Of a stretch of 64,000 nucleotides of DNA, positions 26,825 to 36,184 are shown piece by piece; position 1 is the stretch's first letter, and each line of letters opens with the position of its first letter. The translations under genes were made by a program, and so were the position numbers. The stretch covers positions 78,880 to 142,879 of the forward strand of contig JAQVXI010000002.1 in assembly GCA_028709215.1 (NCBI GenBank), read 5' to 3'. This DNA is from Bacteroidales bacterium (GTDB lineage Bacteria; Bacteroidota; Bacteroidia; Bacteroidales; UBA1402). The notes beneath the pieces are model-generated. The model had not been told where the DNA came from, made no database searches, and saw only the letters and a list, made by a program, of their open reading frames with translations.

Positions 26825-28474
26825 ATGAAACTCAAACAAATCTTCTTATTTATGCTGCCCCTCCTGGCTTTTATAGCCTGTGAGGATCCGTACAAGGACA
26901 GCACATACCAGGTATACGATGAGAATCCCATCTCCAGCTATTTGTCCGATCAATCCGAGTATTCGGAGTGGGTCAGCATCTTGAAGTATGCCAATATGTT
27001 TAACGCGCTCAATCAAGCCGATCAAGACTTTACCGCTTTTGTGCCCAACAACGAAGCCGTAACCGCTTTTTATCAGAAAAAAGGGGTTGCTTCTATTGAA
27101 GAATTGGGTGCGGAATATGCGAAGAGTTTGGTCTTATTCCACACCGTCTTGGATACCATCAGTGTGGATGATTTCATCAATTCAACGAGTATTACCAATT
27201 TATCCAAGGATCAATTGAGTATTCAAATTGATTCCACAACGGCTGGAGAGGCTATTTTGAATGGAGAAGCCCGTGTCACGCAAATGGCCTTTTCGGTTTC
27301 AAACGGTGTGATTTATTTTCTCGCTGACGTCATGACTCCGCTGGTTGAAACGGTTTACGAGCGGGTTGCTCAGAATGAATCCTACAGCATCATGCGCGAA
27401 GCGCTCGATGCGACCGGTTGGGCTGATTCCCTCAATACCTTGGCCGACACCACCTACTTGGATGGCGTACAGTCCGTGTCTAAGCGGTATTATACGTTTT
27501 TAGCCGTAACAAATGCCAGTTTTGCGCAGGAAGGAATCCAAAACCTATCCGATCTAAAGACAACGTTGGGAGCCGGTGAAAACGTACAGGACAGTGCCAA
27601 CGCTTTGTTTCAATACGTAGCGTATCACATTCTACAGTCCAATTATACCCTTGAAAACCTGACTTCATTCAATGGAGCCGATACATCCAGTATTTGGGAT
27701 ACAGCGGCAGACAATCAGGTAATGATGGTTACGCTGGATAGCCTTTCGCAAGAAAAGTTTTTCTTGAATCAGTTGGGTACACCGGCCAACTTTGTGGTTG
27801 AATCGTCGGATGTGCTGGCGAAGAATGGATTTCTGCATGAGATCAGTGGGTATTTGCCCATTTGGGAACCCCAACAAGCCACCGTTCTATGGGACTTGAC
27901 TGATTACGGAGACGTGCGCAATTTGGTGCCTACCGAAATCTATCAACCCGCTGCACCGGTTTCTTCGGAAGACAATCTGAATATTTTTGATGCCGCCAGC
28001 TACGTAGCAGAAGTGTCTGCTTCGGGCGTGAGCAATCGTACGTACAATTATTTGGCCTACGTCACCTGTAAGACCAATTTGCGCGATGCCAACTATTTTG
28101 ACCGCCTGGTCATCAATTTGGGCTATCTGGGTCATGTAACCATGCGTACACCGACCTTGGTAAAAGGCAAATACCGTGTCGATTTGAAATTTGTTTACCT
28201 GTCCGATCATGCATTCATGCGTACCATGAGTGACGGCAACGGCGGTTTGATGAAAATCAGCTTTGACGGGGATCACGTGGCCAATGTTTCTCCGTATACG
28301 ACGGTTACCCGTACGCTAGCCGGAGTCTACGATGCGACCTTGTATGATGAAATCGAATTTGAAACCACAGCCAAACACGATTTCAAAATCATCATCATGG
28401 ATCCGGCGGCAAGCACCAATTCGAAATTTAGCTTGCAATTGGATTGCATCACCTTTACCCCCATTACGGAATAA
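26825..28474 (+). CDS. Lipoprotein with two FAS1-like domains and a C-terminal beta-sandwich-like module
   Basis: The track ORF starts at 26759 inside susD. ATG 26825 gives MKLKQIFLFMLPLLAFIAC|EDPYKD. FAS1 motifs are FTAFVPNNEAVTAFY / NGVIYFLADVMTPL and YTFLAVTNASF / NGFLHEISGYLPI. The last ~190 aa end ...FSLQLDCITFTPITE. Confidence 0.8.
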   Translation: MKLKQIFLFMLPLLAFIACEDPYKDSTYQVYDENPISSYLSDQSEYSEWVSILKYANMFNALNQADQDFTAFVPNNEAVTAFYQKKGVASIEELGAEYAKSLVLFHTVLDTISVDDFINSTSITNLSKDQLSIQIDSTTAGEAILNGEARVTQMAFSVSNGVIYFLADVMTPLVETVYERVAQNESYSIMREALDATGWADSLNTLADTTYLDGVQSVSKRYYTFLAVTNASFAQEGIQNLSDLKTTLGAGENVQDSANALFQYVAYHILQSNYTLENLTSFNGADTSSIWDTAADNQVMMVTLDSLSQEKFFLNQLGTPANFVVESSDVLAKNGFLHEISGYLPIWEPQQATVLWDLTDYGDVRNLVPTEIYQPAAPVSSEDNLNIFDAASYVAEVSASGVSNRTYNYLAYVTCKTNLRDANYFDRLVINLGYLGHVTMRTPTLVKGKYRVDLKFVYLSDHAFMRTMSDGNGGLMKISFDGDHVANVSPYTTVTRTLAGVYDATLYDEIEFETTAKHDFKIIIMDPAASTNSKFSLQLDCITFTPITE

Positions 28475-28485
28475 TACTGAATGCT

Positions 28486-30177
28486 ATGAAAAAAAATAAA
28501 TTTTTATCGTTGGGAGTGATGGCCCTAACTGCCGTACTCTTCGTTGCGTGCAACGAGAGTTGGAGTGACCATTACGATCGTGTGGACATGGAAATCGAAA
28601 ACGATCAGGTATTGATTGTGAATGAAACCTCCGCAGACTACCTGGATCAAGCGGATGACCTCTCGCAAATGTATGCGTTTCTAAAAAGCGAAGGTGTGTT
28701 TGACACCTTGGCCATCAAGGACCAGTTGCATACCTTGTTTTTGGTCAAAAACGAACATTTTTCGGAGGTCGATCCGGATAAATCCAGTTTTATCGCCAAA
28801 TCGCACGTGACGGATATTGCCATTTCTCCGTCCAACTTGTATGACGGAGAGCGCATTCTGATGTGGCATGGCAAGTACATCTCGGTCTCCATGGACTCCT
28901 TGGCTGCCGCCGGTCACATCGACCACATTCAAATCAACGAGTCGCCGGTTACGGAAGTCATCAAGACAAAAGATGGCTACATCTACGTGTTGGAATCGAT
29001 GATCGAAACGCCGCTCTCGATGTACGATATCATCAACGATTTGGGCGAAGAATACTCCTTGTTTAAGGATATGGTTATGTCTGAAAACGTCTTGGAGTTT
29101 GACCGCCCCAACAGCAAGCCCATTGGTGTCGATAATACCGGAAACACGGTGTACGACTCGGTTTTCATCATCACGAATCCGTTTTTTGATGCCAAACGCT
29201 TTGATCTGACATCTGAATCTTTAACCGCAACGGTGCTGATTCCGACCAATGAAGTCCTTGAGCAGGCCATGGCCGATGCAAAAACCAAGCTGGCCGAGTG
29301 GGAAATGAGTCGTGATACCAACATCATGAAAAAATGGATTCTTGAAGTGGCCTTCTTTAACAAGAAATACAGCGTTGCTGATTTGGAAGAAAACGAAGAC
29401 ATCTTCTCCATTTACGGTCGTCAATGGAGAACAACGGTTCAGCAATTGGATACCGAAAATCCCATCCGTATGAGTAACGGCATCGGTTACCGGGTCAATT
29501 GGATGAAAATCCCCAACAATGTATTGATGTATCGTCTCAAGGATTATTTCTACTATTACGAGAATTGCTCCGAGACGCAAAAAGCAGAATATTTTGTCGG
29601 CAACAACCTACTTTTCAAAGAATGTGTTACCGATGTGCCTGCTTGGTCGCCTTTGGCCGGGGTTTGGCCAGATGTTGAAAACCGTGTACTGGTTTATGAG
29701 TTTATTGATCCGGTGATTGACGGGTTTACCCTGGACTTCACCCCAGTCAAACGTGTAGCCAACGAAGACGGTGGATTTGAAGTGAAACCCTGGAAAATTC
29801 CTCCCGGTGAGTATTCGTTGGGCATGGGTTTCAAACAAAGTTTGAATCTGGAGGTGGATATTTCCATCATCGACGGAAGTGAAGTCACTTCGTATGCTAC
29901 GACCACCTTGGGTTCTGCCACGACCTTCCATTACGATCGTGGATCGGGTAGCTATGCGGAAGGGTATAAGGAAGCACTGGATGCCGGACTTATTTCACAT
30001 AGCAAGAAAGGTAATTACGACCGTGACGGTGGACAAATCGGAACCGTTGAGTTGAAGGGTGACGGTAACGGCAATCCAGCTCCTTTTGTGATTAGAATCA
30101 ACAACGTTACGTTCGGCAGTGCAACCAAAATGGTGTTTCACCACTGGTGTCTGAGACCTACGAGCAATAATTATTAA
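28486..30177 (+). CDS. Lipoprotein with FAS1-like domains and a C-terminal beta-sandwich-like module
   Basis: ATG 28486 gives MKKNKFLSLGVMALTAVLFVAC|NESWSD. FAS1-like motifs are LHTLFLVKNEHF / DGYIYVLESMIETPL and ATVLIPTNEVLEQAM. The C-terminal module ends ...MVFHHWCLRPTSNNY, which resembles the end of the previous protein. Confidence 0.7.
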   Translation: MKKNKFLSLGVMALTAVLFVACNESWSDHYDRVDMEIENDQVLIVNETSADYLDQADDLSQMYAFLKSEGVFDTLAIKDQLHTLFLVKNEHFSEVDPDKSSFIAKSHVTDIAISPSNLYDGERILMWHGKYISVSMDSLAAAGHIDHIQINESPVTEVIKTKDGYIYVLESMIETPLSMYDIINDLGEEYSLFKDMVMSENVLEFDRPNSKPIGVDNTGNTVYDSVFIITNPFFDAKRFDLTSESLTATVLIPTNEVLEQAMADAKTKLAEWEMSRDTNIMKKWILEVAFFNKKYSVADLEENEDIFSIYGRQWRTTVQQLDTENPIRMSNGIGYRVNWMKIPNNVLMYRLKDYFYYYENCSETQKAEYFVGNNLLFKECVTDVPAWSPLAGVWPDVENRVLVYEFIDPVIDGFTLDFTPVKRVANEDGGFEVKPWKIPPGEYSLGMGFKQSLNLEVDISIIDGSEVTSYATTTLGSATTFHYDRGSGSYAEGYKEALDAGLISHSKKGNYDRDGGQIGTVELKGDGNGNPAPFVIRINNVTFGSATKMVFHHWCLRPTSNNY

Positions 30178-30196
30178 TCGGATTAAATAACTACAC

Positions 30197-33100
30197 ATGA
30201 AAAAGATGAGGATATTCTGGATGGCATTGTTACTGGCTTTCTCAACGGTTGCTTCTGCAGCGGTTGTAAGGGGAAAGGTACAGTCCACCGATCAATCTCC
30301 CGTAGCAGATGCGGTCATCACACTGCCCGGTCATGAAAGTGTTCGTTCTTCACAAGACGGTTCGTTTGAATTGAAAGAGGTGGAGGCAACCGGACATCTG
30401 ACCGTTTGGGCGACCGGTTTTTATGTTCAAACACTGCCTTTGAAGGGTCAAACCGAACTACAGATTCAATTGATCCCGGAAGACAAGTACAAATACAACG
30501 AAACCTTGGTTTTACCCTTTCGTACAGAAACCGGAACCAACGAGGGCATTTCTTCCAGCAACCTGAGCAAGAAAGATTTTGCCTTGGGTAGTATGAGCAT
30601 CGACAAAGCGCTCAAAGGAGAAGTGGCCGGTTTGCAGGTTACCCAAAAAAGTGGCATGACCGGTGAAGGCGCGTACTTCAACTTGCGTGGACTTCGTTCG
30701 CTGGTTTCTGACAATGCGCCCTTGATCGTGTTGAATGGTGTACCCTTTTTGCCGAATAAAAACGAATCCAGGTTGATTAGCGGGTATTCCCGTTCTGTCT
30801 TTCAGGCGTTAAACATCAATGATATTCAAAACATTACGGTGTTGAAGGGGGCTGAAGCCGCTTTATATGGTTCGATGGGTTCTAACGGTGTCATTATGAT
30901 TGAAACCGATGGAGCCGCTTCGGATGATTTGAATACCAAGATTAGTTATTTTGCTCAGGTGGGTGTCAATTGGAACAACAAGCAAATGCCTTTGATGAAG
31001 AATCAGGAGTATAAGTCTTATTTGTCGGATATTGGTATGACGTATTACAACAATATGGAGACCTTTTTCGGCGAATTTCCTTTCTTGACCGATCCCAACA
31101 ACATTTATTCCTATTTGTACGACAACAGTACCGATTGGCAAAATGTGATTTCCGGGAACAGCCTGGTCACCGACCACTTGTTTCGGGTAGAAGGAGGGGA
31201 TGCCATCGCCAAATACGATATCTCGTTGGGTTATACCCGAGATGAGGGAACACTGTTGAATACGGCCTCAAGCCGCTATCACACACAGATTAATACAAAC
31301 GTTTTGGTTAGTCAGAAATTTGAGATTGCAACCACAGTTGGTTTGGCATACTTGAATGGAAGTTATCAGGAACAAGGGATGAATGCCGCAACCAACCCGA
31401 TGTTGGCTGCCTATCAAAAGGCCCCACTGTTGAGCCCATTTAAGAGTGATATCAATGGCAACGAGTTGGCGACCTATTCCAGTTACTATTTTGGCGCGTC
31501 CAACAATATGGATTTTGCCGGAAGTAATCCCCTGGCGCTTGTAGAAACACTTACATCCGGAAATCGTCAATACGATGTGAGTGCCAAAGTAGCCTTGACC
31601 TACAAACCCACCAACGATTTGTCATTCAATGCCAACGTGGGACTGTATTACAACTACGATCAGGAAAACATGTTCATCCCGGGTATCAACAACAAGGATA
31701 TCATGCCCATTTACGATCAATACGGGCAAGCGTCCAATACGGTACGTGTTGGAGTTGCTGAAACCTTCAATATGTACGTTGGACTGACCGGTGCCTATAA
31801 GAAAACACTGGACGAACGCAACCGATTGGATGCCAACGCCGGTTTTCAAATGATCACTACGTCCAATGAATTTGATGCCGGTTCGGGTCGTAATACGCCG
31901 AATGACTTTTATCAAACCTTGGGTGACGTGAACGCTGTAGGACGGTATTTCTTTGGTTACATCGACGTCTGGAATTGGATGAGCTATTATGCACGTGTTG
32001 CCCATACGTATGACGATGTATTGCGTACTTCTGTTAATGTTTCCATCGATGGAGCGTCTTCTACCGGTGCCGATGCACCGCAGTTTGGCGTCTTCCCTTC
32101 GTTGAGTATGACGTATATGGCAAAGAACGCCGGATGGTTGTCGGGTGTGGATGCCATCAATACGTTCAACCTGCGTGCTGAGTACGGATTGACCGGAAAT
32201 AGTCGTTATTCTTCCAAATATGGAAAATACTATTACACCAGTCGTCCGTATCAGGGTATTTCCGGTATCATTCGTGCCAACGTACCCAATACGGAATTGG
32301 AATGGGAGAAGAATGCTCAGTTTGATTTGGGTATGGATGTTTCGATGCTCAATAATCGTGTGGATGTATCGCTGGGTTATTACAACAGCCAGTCTACCGA
32401 TGTGTTGATGATCAGCCCCAATTCCTCTGTTTATGGTACGGGAGTATACTACAGCAACGATGCGGCCATTTCTTCGGATGGTGTGGAATTGTCTGTCAAC
32501 GTAACGCCCGTACAAACCAAGGATTTCCGTTGGGTACTGGGTGGAAACGTAGCCAAGGCAAACAATTCTGTCAAATCATTGGGTGGTGTTCAGGAAACGC
32601 TGATCACTCTATCGGATGATGCTCAGTTGATTACGCGTGTCGGTGAAGATCCGTATGCTTTTTACGGGTATGAGACCGAGGGTGTTTTTGCTACGACAGA
32701 CGAGGCTGTTTCAGCAAACTTGAAGAACCTGAATGGTTTGTCTTATTCTGCCGGTGATGTCCGTTATGTGGATCAAAACAACGATGGGTACATCAACGAA
32801 GAAGATCGTGTGATTTTGGGTTCGGCTTCTCCTGATTTGTTGGGAGGCGTTTTTAACCGTTTCCAATACAAACAGTTTGCGCTGGATGTAAATTTGGCCT
32901 TCTCGATTGGGAATGAGGCATACAATGCCGTGCGCAGAAGCATGGAATCCTCTTCGGATTTTAGCAATCAATCCAGAGCGGTCAATCGTCGATGGACCAT
33001 GGAAGGACAAATTACGGATATGCCCAAAGCAAGCTGGGGCGATGTGATTGGAAACAACGATTTCTCGGATCGCTGGATTGAAGACGCTTCGTATGTGAAA

Positions 33101-33322
33101 CTGCGCGACGTTACGTTGAGTTATTCTTTCAACAAACCCGTATGGAATTTCTTCCAATCTGGTGTGTTGTTTGTGACGGGTGAGAACTTATTGACATTTA
33201 CCAACTACCTGGGTATGGATCCGGAATTCTCTTATTCCTATAGCGATGCCTTGCAAGGGATTGATTACGCGAAAGTAGCTTTGCCCAAAACGGTCAAAGT
33301 TGGTGTTAACTTGAAATTCTAA
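30197..33322 (+). CDS. SusC/RagA-family TonB-dependent outer-membrane transporter, pair 2
   Basis: 1041 aa. The order is signal peptide, carboxypeptidase-regulatory-like N-domain (VRGKVQSTD...DGSFEL), plug (FNLRGLRSL...PLIVLNGVPF) and the C-terminal strand VKVGVNLKF. There is no STN extension. It is only distantly similar to pair-1 SusC. Confidence 0.9.
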   Translation: MKKMRIFWMALLLAFSTVASAAVVRGKVQSTDQSPVADAVITLPGHESVRSSQDGSFELKEVEATGHLTVWATGFYVQTLPLKGQTELQIQLIPEDKYKYNETLVLPFRTETGTNEGISSSNLSKKDFALGSMSIDKALKGEVAGLQVTQKSGMTGEGAYFNLRGLRSLVSDNAPLIVLNGVPFLPNKNESRLISGYSRSVFQALNINDIQNITVLKGAEAALYGSMGSNGVIMIETDGAASDDLNTKISYFAQVGVNWNNKQMPLMKNQEYKSYLSDIGMTYYNNMETFFGEFPFLTDPNNIYSYLYDNSTDWQNVISGNSLVTDHLFRVEGGDAIAKYDISLGYTRDEGTLLNTASSRYHTQINTNVLVSQKFEIATTVGLAYLNGSYQEQGMNAATNPMLAAYQKAPLLSPFKSDINGNELATYSSYYFGASNNMDFAGSNPLALVETLTSGNRQYDVSAKVALTYKPTNDLSFNANVGLYYNYDQENMFIPGINNKDIMPIYDQYGQASNTVRVGVAETFNMYVGLTGAYKKTLDERNRLDANAGFQMITTSNEFDAGSGRNTPNDFYQTLGDVNAVGRYFFGYIDVWNWMSYYARVAHTYDDVLRTSVNVSIDGASSTGADAPQFGVFPSLSMTYMAKNAGWLSGVDAINTFNLRAEYGLTGNSRYSSKYGKYYYTSRPYQGISGIIRANVPNTELEWEKNAQFDLGMDVSMLNNRVDVSLGYYNSQSTDVLMISPNSSVYGTGVYYSNDAAISSDGVELSVNVTPVQTKDFRWVLGGNVAKANNSVKSLGGVQETLITLSDDAQLITRVGEDPYAFYGYETEGVFATTDEAVSANLKNLNGLSYSAGDVRYVDQNNDGYINEEDRVILGSASPDLLGGVFNRFQYKQFALDVNLAFSIGNEAYNAVRRSMESSSDFSNQSRAVNRRWTMEGQITDMPKASWGDVIGNNDFSDRWIEDASYVKLRDVTLSYSFNKPVWNFFQSGVLFVTGENLLTFTNYLGMDPEFSYSYSDALQGIDYAKVALPKTVKVGVNLKF

Positions 33323-33326
33323 AACA

Positions 33327-35003
33327 ATGAATACAGGAAAGAAAATTTTATCAGGATGGTTGGTTTTGATGTTTCTGGGTCTGACCTTCACCGGTTGCAA
33401 CGACTTTTTTGAGCCGGAGACCGACGATGCGCTGACCGGTGACAAATACATTCAAACTCAAACCGAAATGTATACCGGATTTTTGGGCATTGTGACCAAG
33501 ATGCAGGCGGTAGGCGATAAAGCCATTTACTTGACCGATACCCGAGGCGAGTTGCTGGAACCAACCAGCAACAGCCCTTCGGAACTGATTGCGATTTATA
33601 ATTACGAATCCAATTTGCAAGGAAATGCCTATGCAGACCCTGCCGGATATTACGATGTAGTCATTGCGTGCAACGATTTCATCTCGAATATGTTGGAGTA
33701 TAAGGAGAAGTATACGGAGTCTATTGATGTAGAACATTTTAATGCCTTGATCAGTTCGACCTTGCGCATCAAGGTTTGGGCATACATGACCATAGGTAAG
33801 ATTTACGGTCAGGCCTTGTGGTTTAGTGATCCGATGGTTAAGATCCAGGATCTGTCGGATGCCAGTAAATTTGAATTGTTGGATTTGGATGGCGTGATGA
33901 ATGCCTGTATCAATCTTCTGGAACAGGGTGTCGATGGAATTGATGGTTCTCTGACCTTCTCTTGGTATGAATGGTTGGATCCGGAAACCGCACTTGGAGA
34001 CAGCGAGTATCGTTTCTGGGACTATATGACGCCGGATTATGCCGGACTGTATGGCGAATTGTGCTTGTGGACCGGAAGGTATCAGGATGCAGCGGATGTG
34101 CTGTTGGATGCTTTGAATGAGAAGATTTCTTCTTCAACTTCGGATGCAACCCCTTGGATCCGCAACGTGACGTTGAACGGAAACTACGCAACCATCTGGA
34201 ATTATCCGGATCCTTATGCACGTGAAGTTGTTTCGGCCATCATTTACAGTTATACCAACGATCAAACCAATGACCTGTTGCGCCATTTTGGTACGGAGTA
34301 TCCCAACGAGTATTTGTTGAGACCAACCGACTTTGGAATGGCTCGTTTTAGCAACGACACGTTGAATCCAGTGGGTTCCGGTAGTGAAACGCGTATGGGT
34401 GTAACGTTTACAACCTTGTCTGGTGGACGTTCTGTGATATGTAAGTTCCGTCCAAACGGCAACCGTCGCCCGTATCCTTACCAGGATGATGTACATATCT
34501 ACATATTCCGTGCATCCGAATATCATTTTATGTTGGCGGAAGCATTGAACAACTTGGGTCGATTTGAAGAGGCCGATGCGTTGATCAACAAAGGTGTTTC
34601 CGGTAAATTCCCAACCGGTGGTGTCACCTGGGACGGATTTACCGATGACTGGACCACTTCTACGGCTTTGGGTACCCGTAAATACCCCAACGTGGGTATT
34701 CGTGGCACGTTTGGCCTTTCAAGTCGTACCTTCCGTACCATTGTGTCGGATGCGGCAAAGGAAGAAGCAAAAAAGTTTAACGATCTTGCCATCATGGATG
34801 AAATGCTGCTGGAATTCCCTTGTGAAGGGAAGATTTATCCTGCATTGATTCGTGTGGCCAAACGCTGGAACGATTACAACGTGGTTGCCGATCGGGTCGT
34901 GGGTAAGTATGGTGATCGTGCGGAGGAAGTCCGTAGCATCATTAACAGTGAGGTGAATGGTGTTCAAGGTTGTTTTGTGCCTTGGGATTTGGAACTGAAT
35001 TGA
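33327..35003 (+). CDS. SusD/RagB-family lipoprotein, pair 2
   Basis: Lipobox LTFTGC|NDFFE. SusD-like helices are present (IYIFRASEYHFMLAEALNNLGRFEEA, EFPCEGKIYPALIRVAK). It lies 4 nt after SusC. Confidence 0.85.
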   Translation: MNTGKKILSGWLVLMFLGLTFTGCNDFFEPETDDALTGDKYIQTQTEMYTGFLGIVTKMQAVGDKAIYLTDTRGELLEPTSNSPSELIAIYNYESNLQGNAYADPAGYYDVVIACNDFISNMLEYKEKYTESIDVEHFNALISSTLRIKVWAYMTIGKIYGQALWFSDPMVKIQDLSDASKFELLDLDGVMNACINLLEQGVDGIDGSLTFSWYEWLDPETALGDSEYRFWDYMTPDYAGLYGELCLWTGRYQDAADVLLDALNEKISSSTSDATPWIRNVTLNGNYATIWNYPDPYAREVVSAIIYSYTNDQTNDLLRHFGTEYPNEYLLRPTDFGMARFSNDTLNPVGSGSETRMGVTFTTLSGGRSVICKFRPNGNRRPYPYQDDVHIYIFRASEYHFMLAEALNNLGRFEEADALINKGVSGKFPTGGVTWDGFTDDWTTSTALGTRKYPNVGIRGTFGLSSRTFRTIVSDAAKEEAKKFNDLAIMDEMLLEFPCEGKIYPALIRVAKRWNDYNVVADRVVGKYGDRAEEVRSIINSEVNGVQGCFVPWDLELN

Positions 35004-35014
35004 AAACTTGATTT

Positions 35015-36184
35015 ATGAAGAATATTAAAAAAATATGTATTGGAATGGTCATGGCTCTTGTAGCCATGACTTCCTGTTCCCAGGCGCCCCGCATGTCGGT
35101 GCGTATGGCCGATTCGGAGATGGCACGTTTTCCGCAATTGTATCAGTTCGACCACGGCAAACGATTGTATTTTGGTTATACCCAGGGTCTGGGTGGACTG
35201 GCTTTTATAAAAATGTGGAAAGCAACGGGCAATTCGGCCTACTATGACTACGTATACCAATGGGGAGATACCATCATCGGTGAAGACGGATCCATTCATT
35301 TGTACAAGATGAAGGATTACAACCTGGATTTTATCAATGCCGGTAAAGTCTTATTTACGTTATACGAGGAAACGGGCGAGCCGCGTTTTCGCATGGCCAT
35401 GGACACTCTGTTGAGGCAGTTTGAAAAGCATCCGCGCACGGCAGATGGTGGTTTCTGGCATAAGAACATCTATACCCATCAAATGTGGTTGGATGGTTTG
35501 TATATGGCCTCTCCGTTTATGTCTGAATACGGTGCTCGATTTGATCAACCGCAGTGGATTGAAGAAGCGATCCATCAGTTGGTGACGGTTGATATCCATA
35601 CCTATGATACTGTTTCCGGTTTGTTTTATCATGCTTGGGACGAAAGCCGTTCGCAGCAATGGGCCGATTCCATCACCGGACGCTCGCCCAATTTTTGGGG
35701 TAGAAGCATCGGATGGTATGCCATGGCATTGGTGGACAATTTGGATTTTATTCCGGAAGACCATCCAAGACGCGTGGAAGTACTGGATATCGTGCAACGT
35801 TTGGCGGATGGGATGCTGACCTATCAGGACGAAGACGGTCTGTGGTGGCAGGTGGTAGACAAAGCAGGAGAAGAAGGCAACTATCAGGAAGCATCGGTTT
35901 CTTCGATGATGATGTACTTTTATGCCAAGGCATACAACAAAGGCTACCTGTCAAAGATGTATCAGGATGCTGCGCAAAAGGCGTTTGATGGCATTCAGAA
36001 ACGATTGATTCTTGAGAACGAAGATGGAAGCGTATCGCTGACCAATTGTTGCGCCGTAGCCGGATTGGGAGGTAAGCCCTACCGGGATGGTTCGTACGAG
36101 TACTACGTCAACGAGCGCAAGCGTGACAACGATGGCAAATCGACCGGTCCGTTTATCATGGGTTGCTTGGAATTGGGAAAATAA
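35015..36184 (+). CDS. GH105 unsaturated rhamnogalacturonyl/galacturonyl hydrolase (YteR-like) lipoprotein
   Basis: Lipobox AMTSC|SQAP. It shows the (alpha/alpha)6 YteR-type signatures WHKNIYTHQMWLDGLYMASPFMSEYG, FYHAWDES, FWGRSIGWYAMALVD and GLWWQVVDK. Confidence 0.85.
   Translation: MKNIKKICIGMVMALVAMTSCSQAPRMSVRMADSEMARFPQLYQFDHGKRLYFGYTQGLGGLAFIKMWKATGNSAYYDYVYQWGDTIIGEDGSIHLYKMKDYNLDFINAGKVLFTLYEETGEPRFRMAMDTLLRQFEKHPRTADGGFWHKNIYTHQMWLDGLYMASPFMSEYGARFDQPQWIEEAIHQLVTVDIHTYDTVSGLFYHAWDESRSQQWADSITGRSPNFWGRSIGWYAMALVDNLDFIPEDHPRRVEVLDIVQRLADGMLTYQDEDGLWWQVVDKAGEEGNYQEASVSSMMMYFYAKAYNKGYLSKMYQDAAQKAFDGIQKRLILENEDGSVSLTNCCAVAGLGGKPYRDGSYEYYVNERKRDNDGKSTGPFIMGCLELGK

Noticed and set aside
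31622-32515. 297-aa antisense ORF inside SusC pair 2. Similar long antisense ORFs lie at 24320-24901 inside SusC pair 1, 26251-26931 across the susD/FAS1 junction, and 59822-60589 inside relA.
   Set aside because: They lie fully within confidently assigned genes on the other strand. Their composition is low-complexity and biased (Ile/Arg/His/Thr/Gly-rich). They have no signal or family motifs and no promoter boxes. They are typical shadow ORFs.
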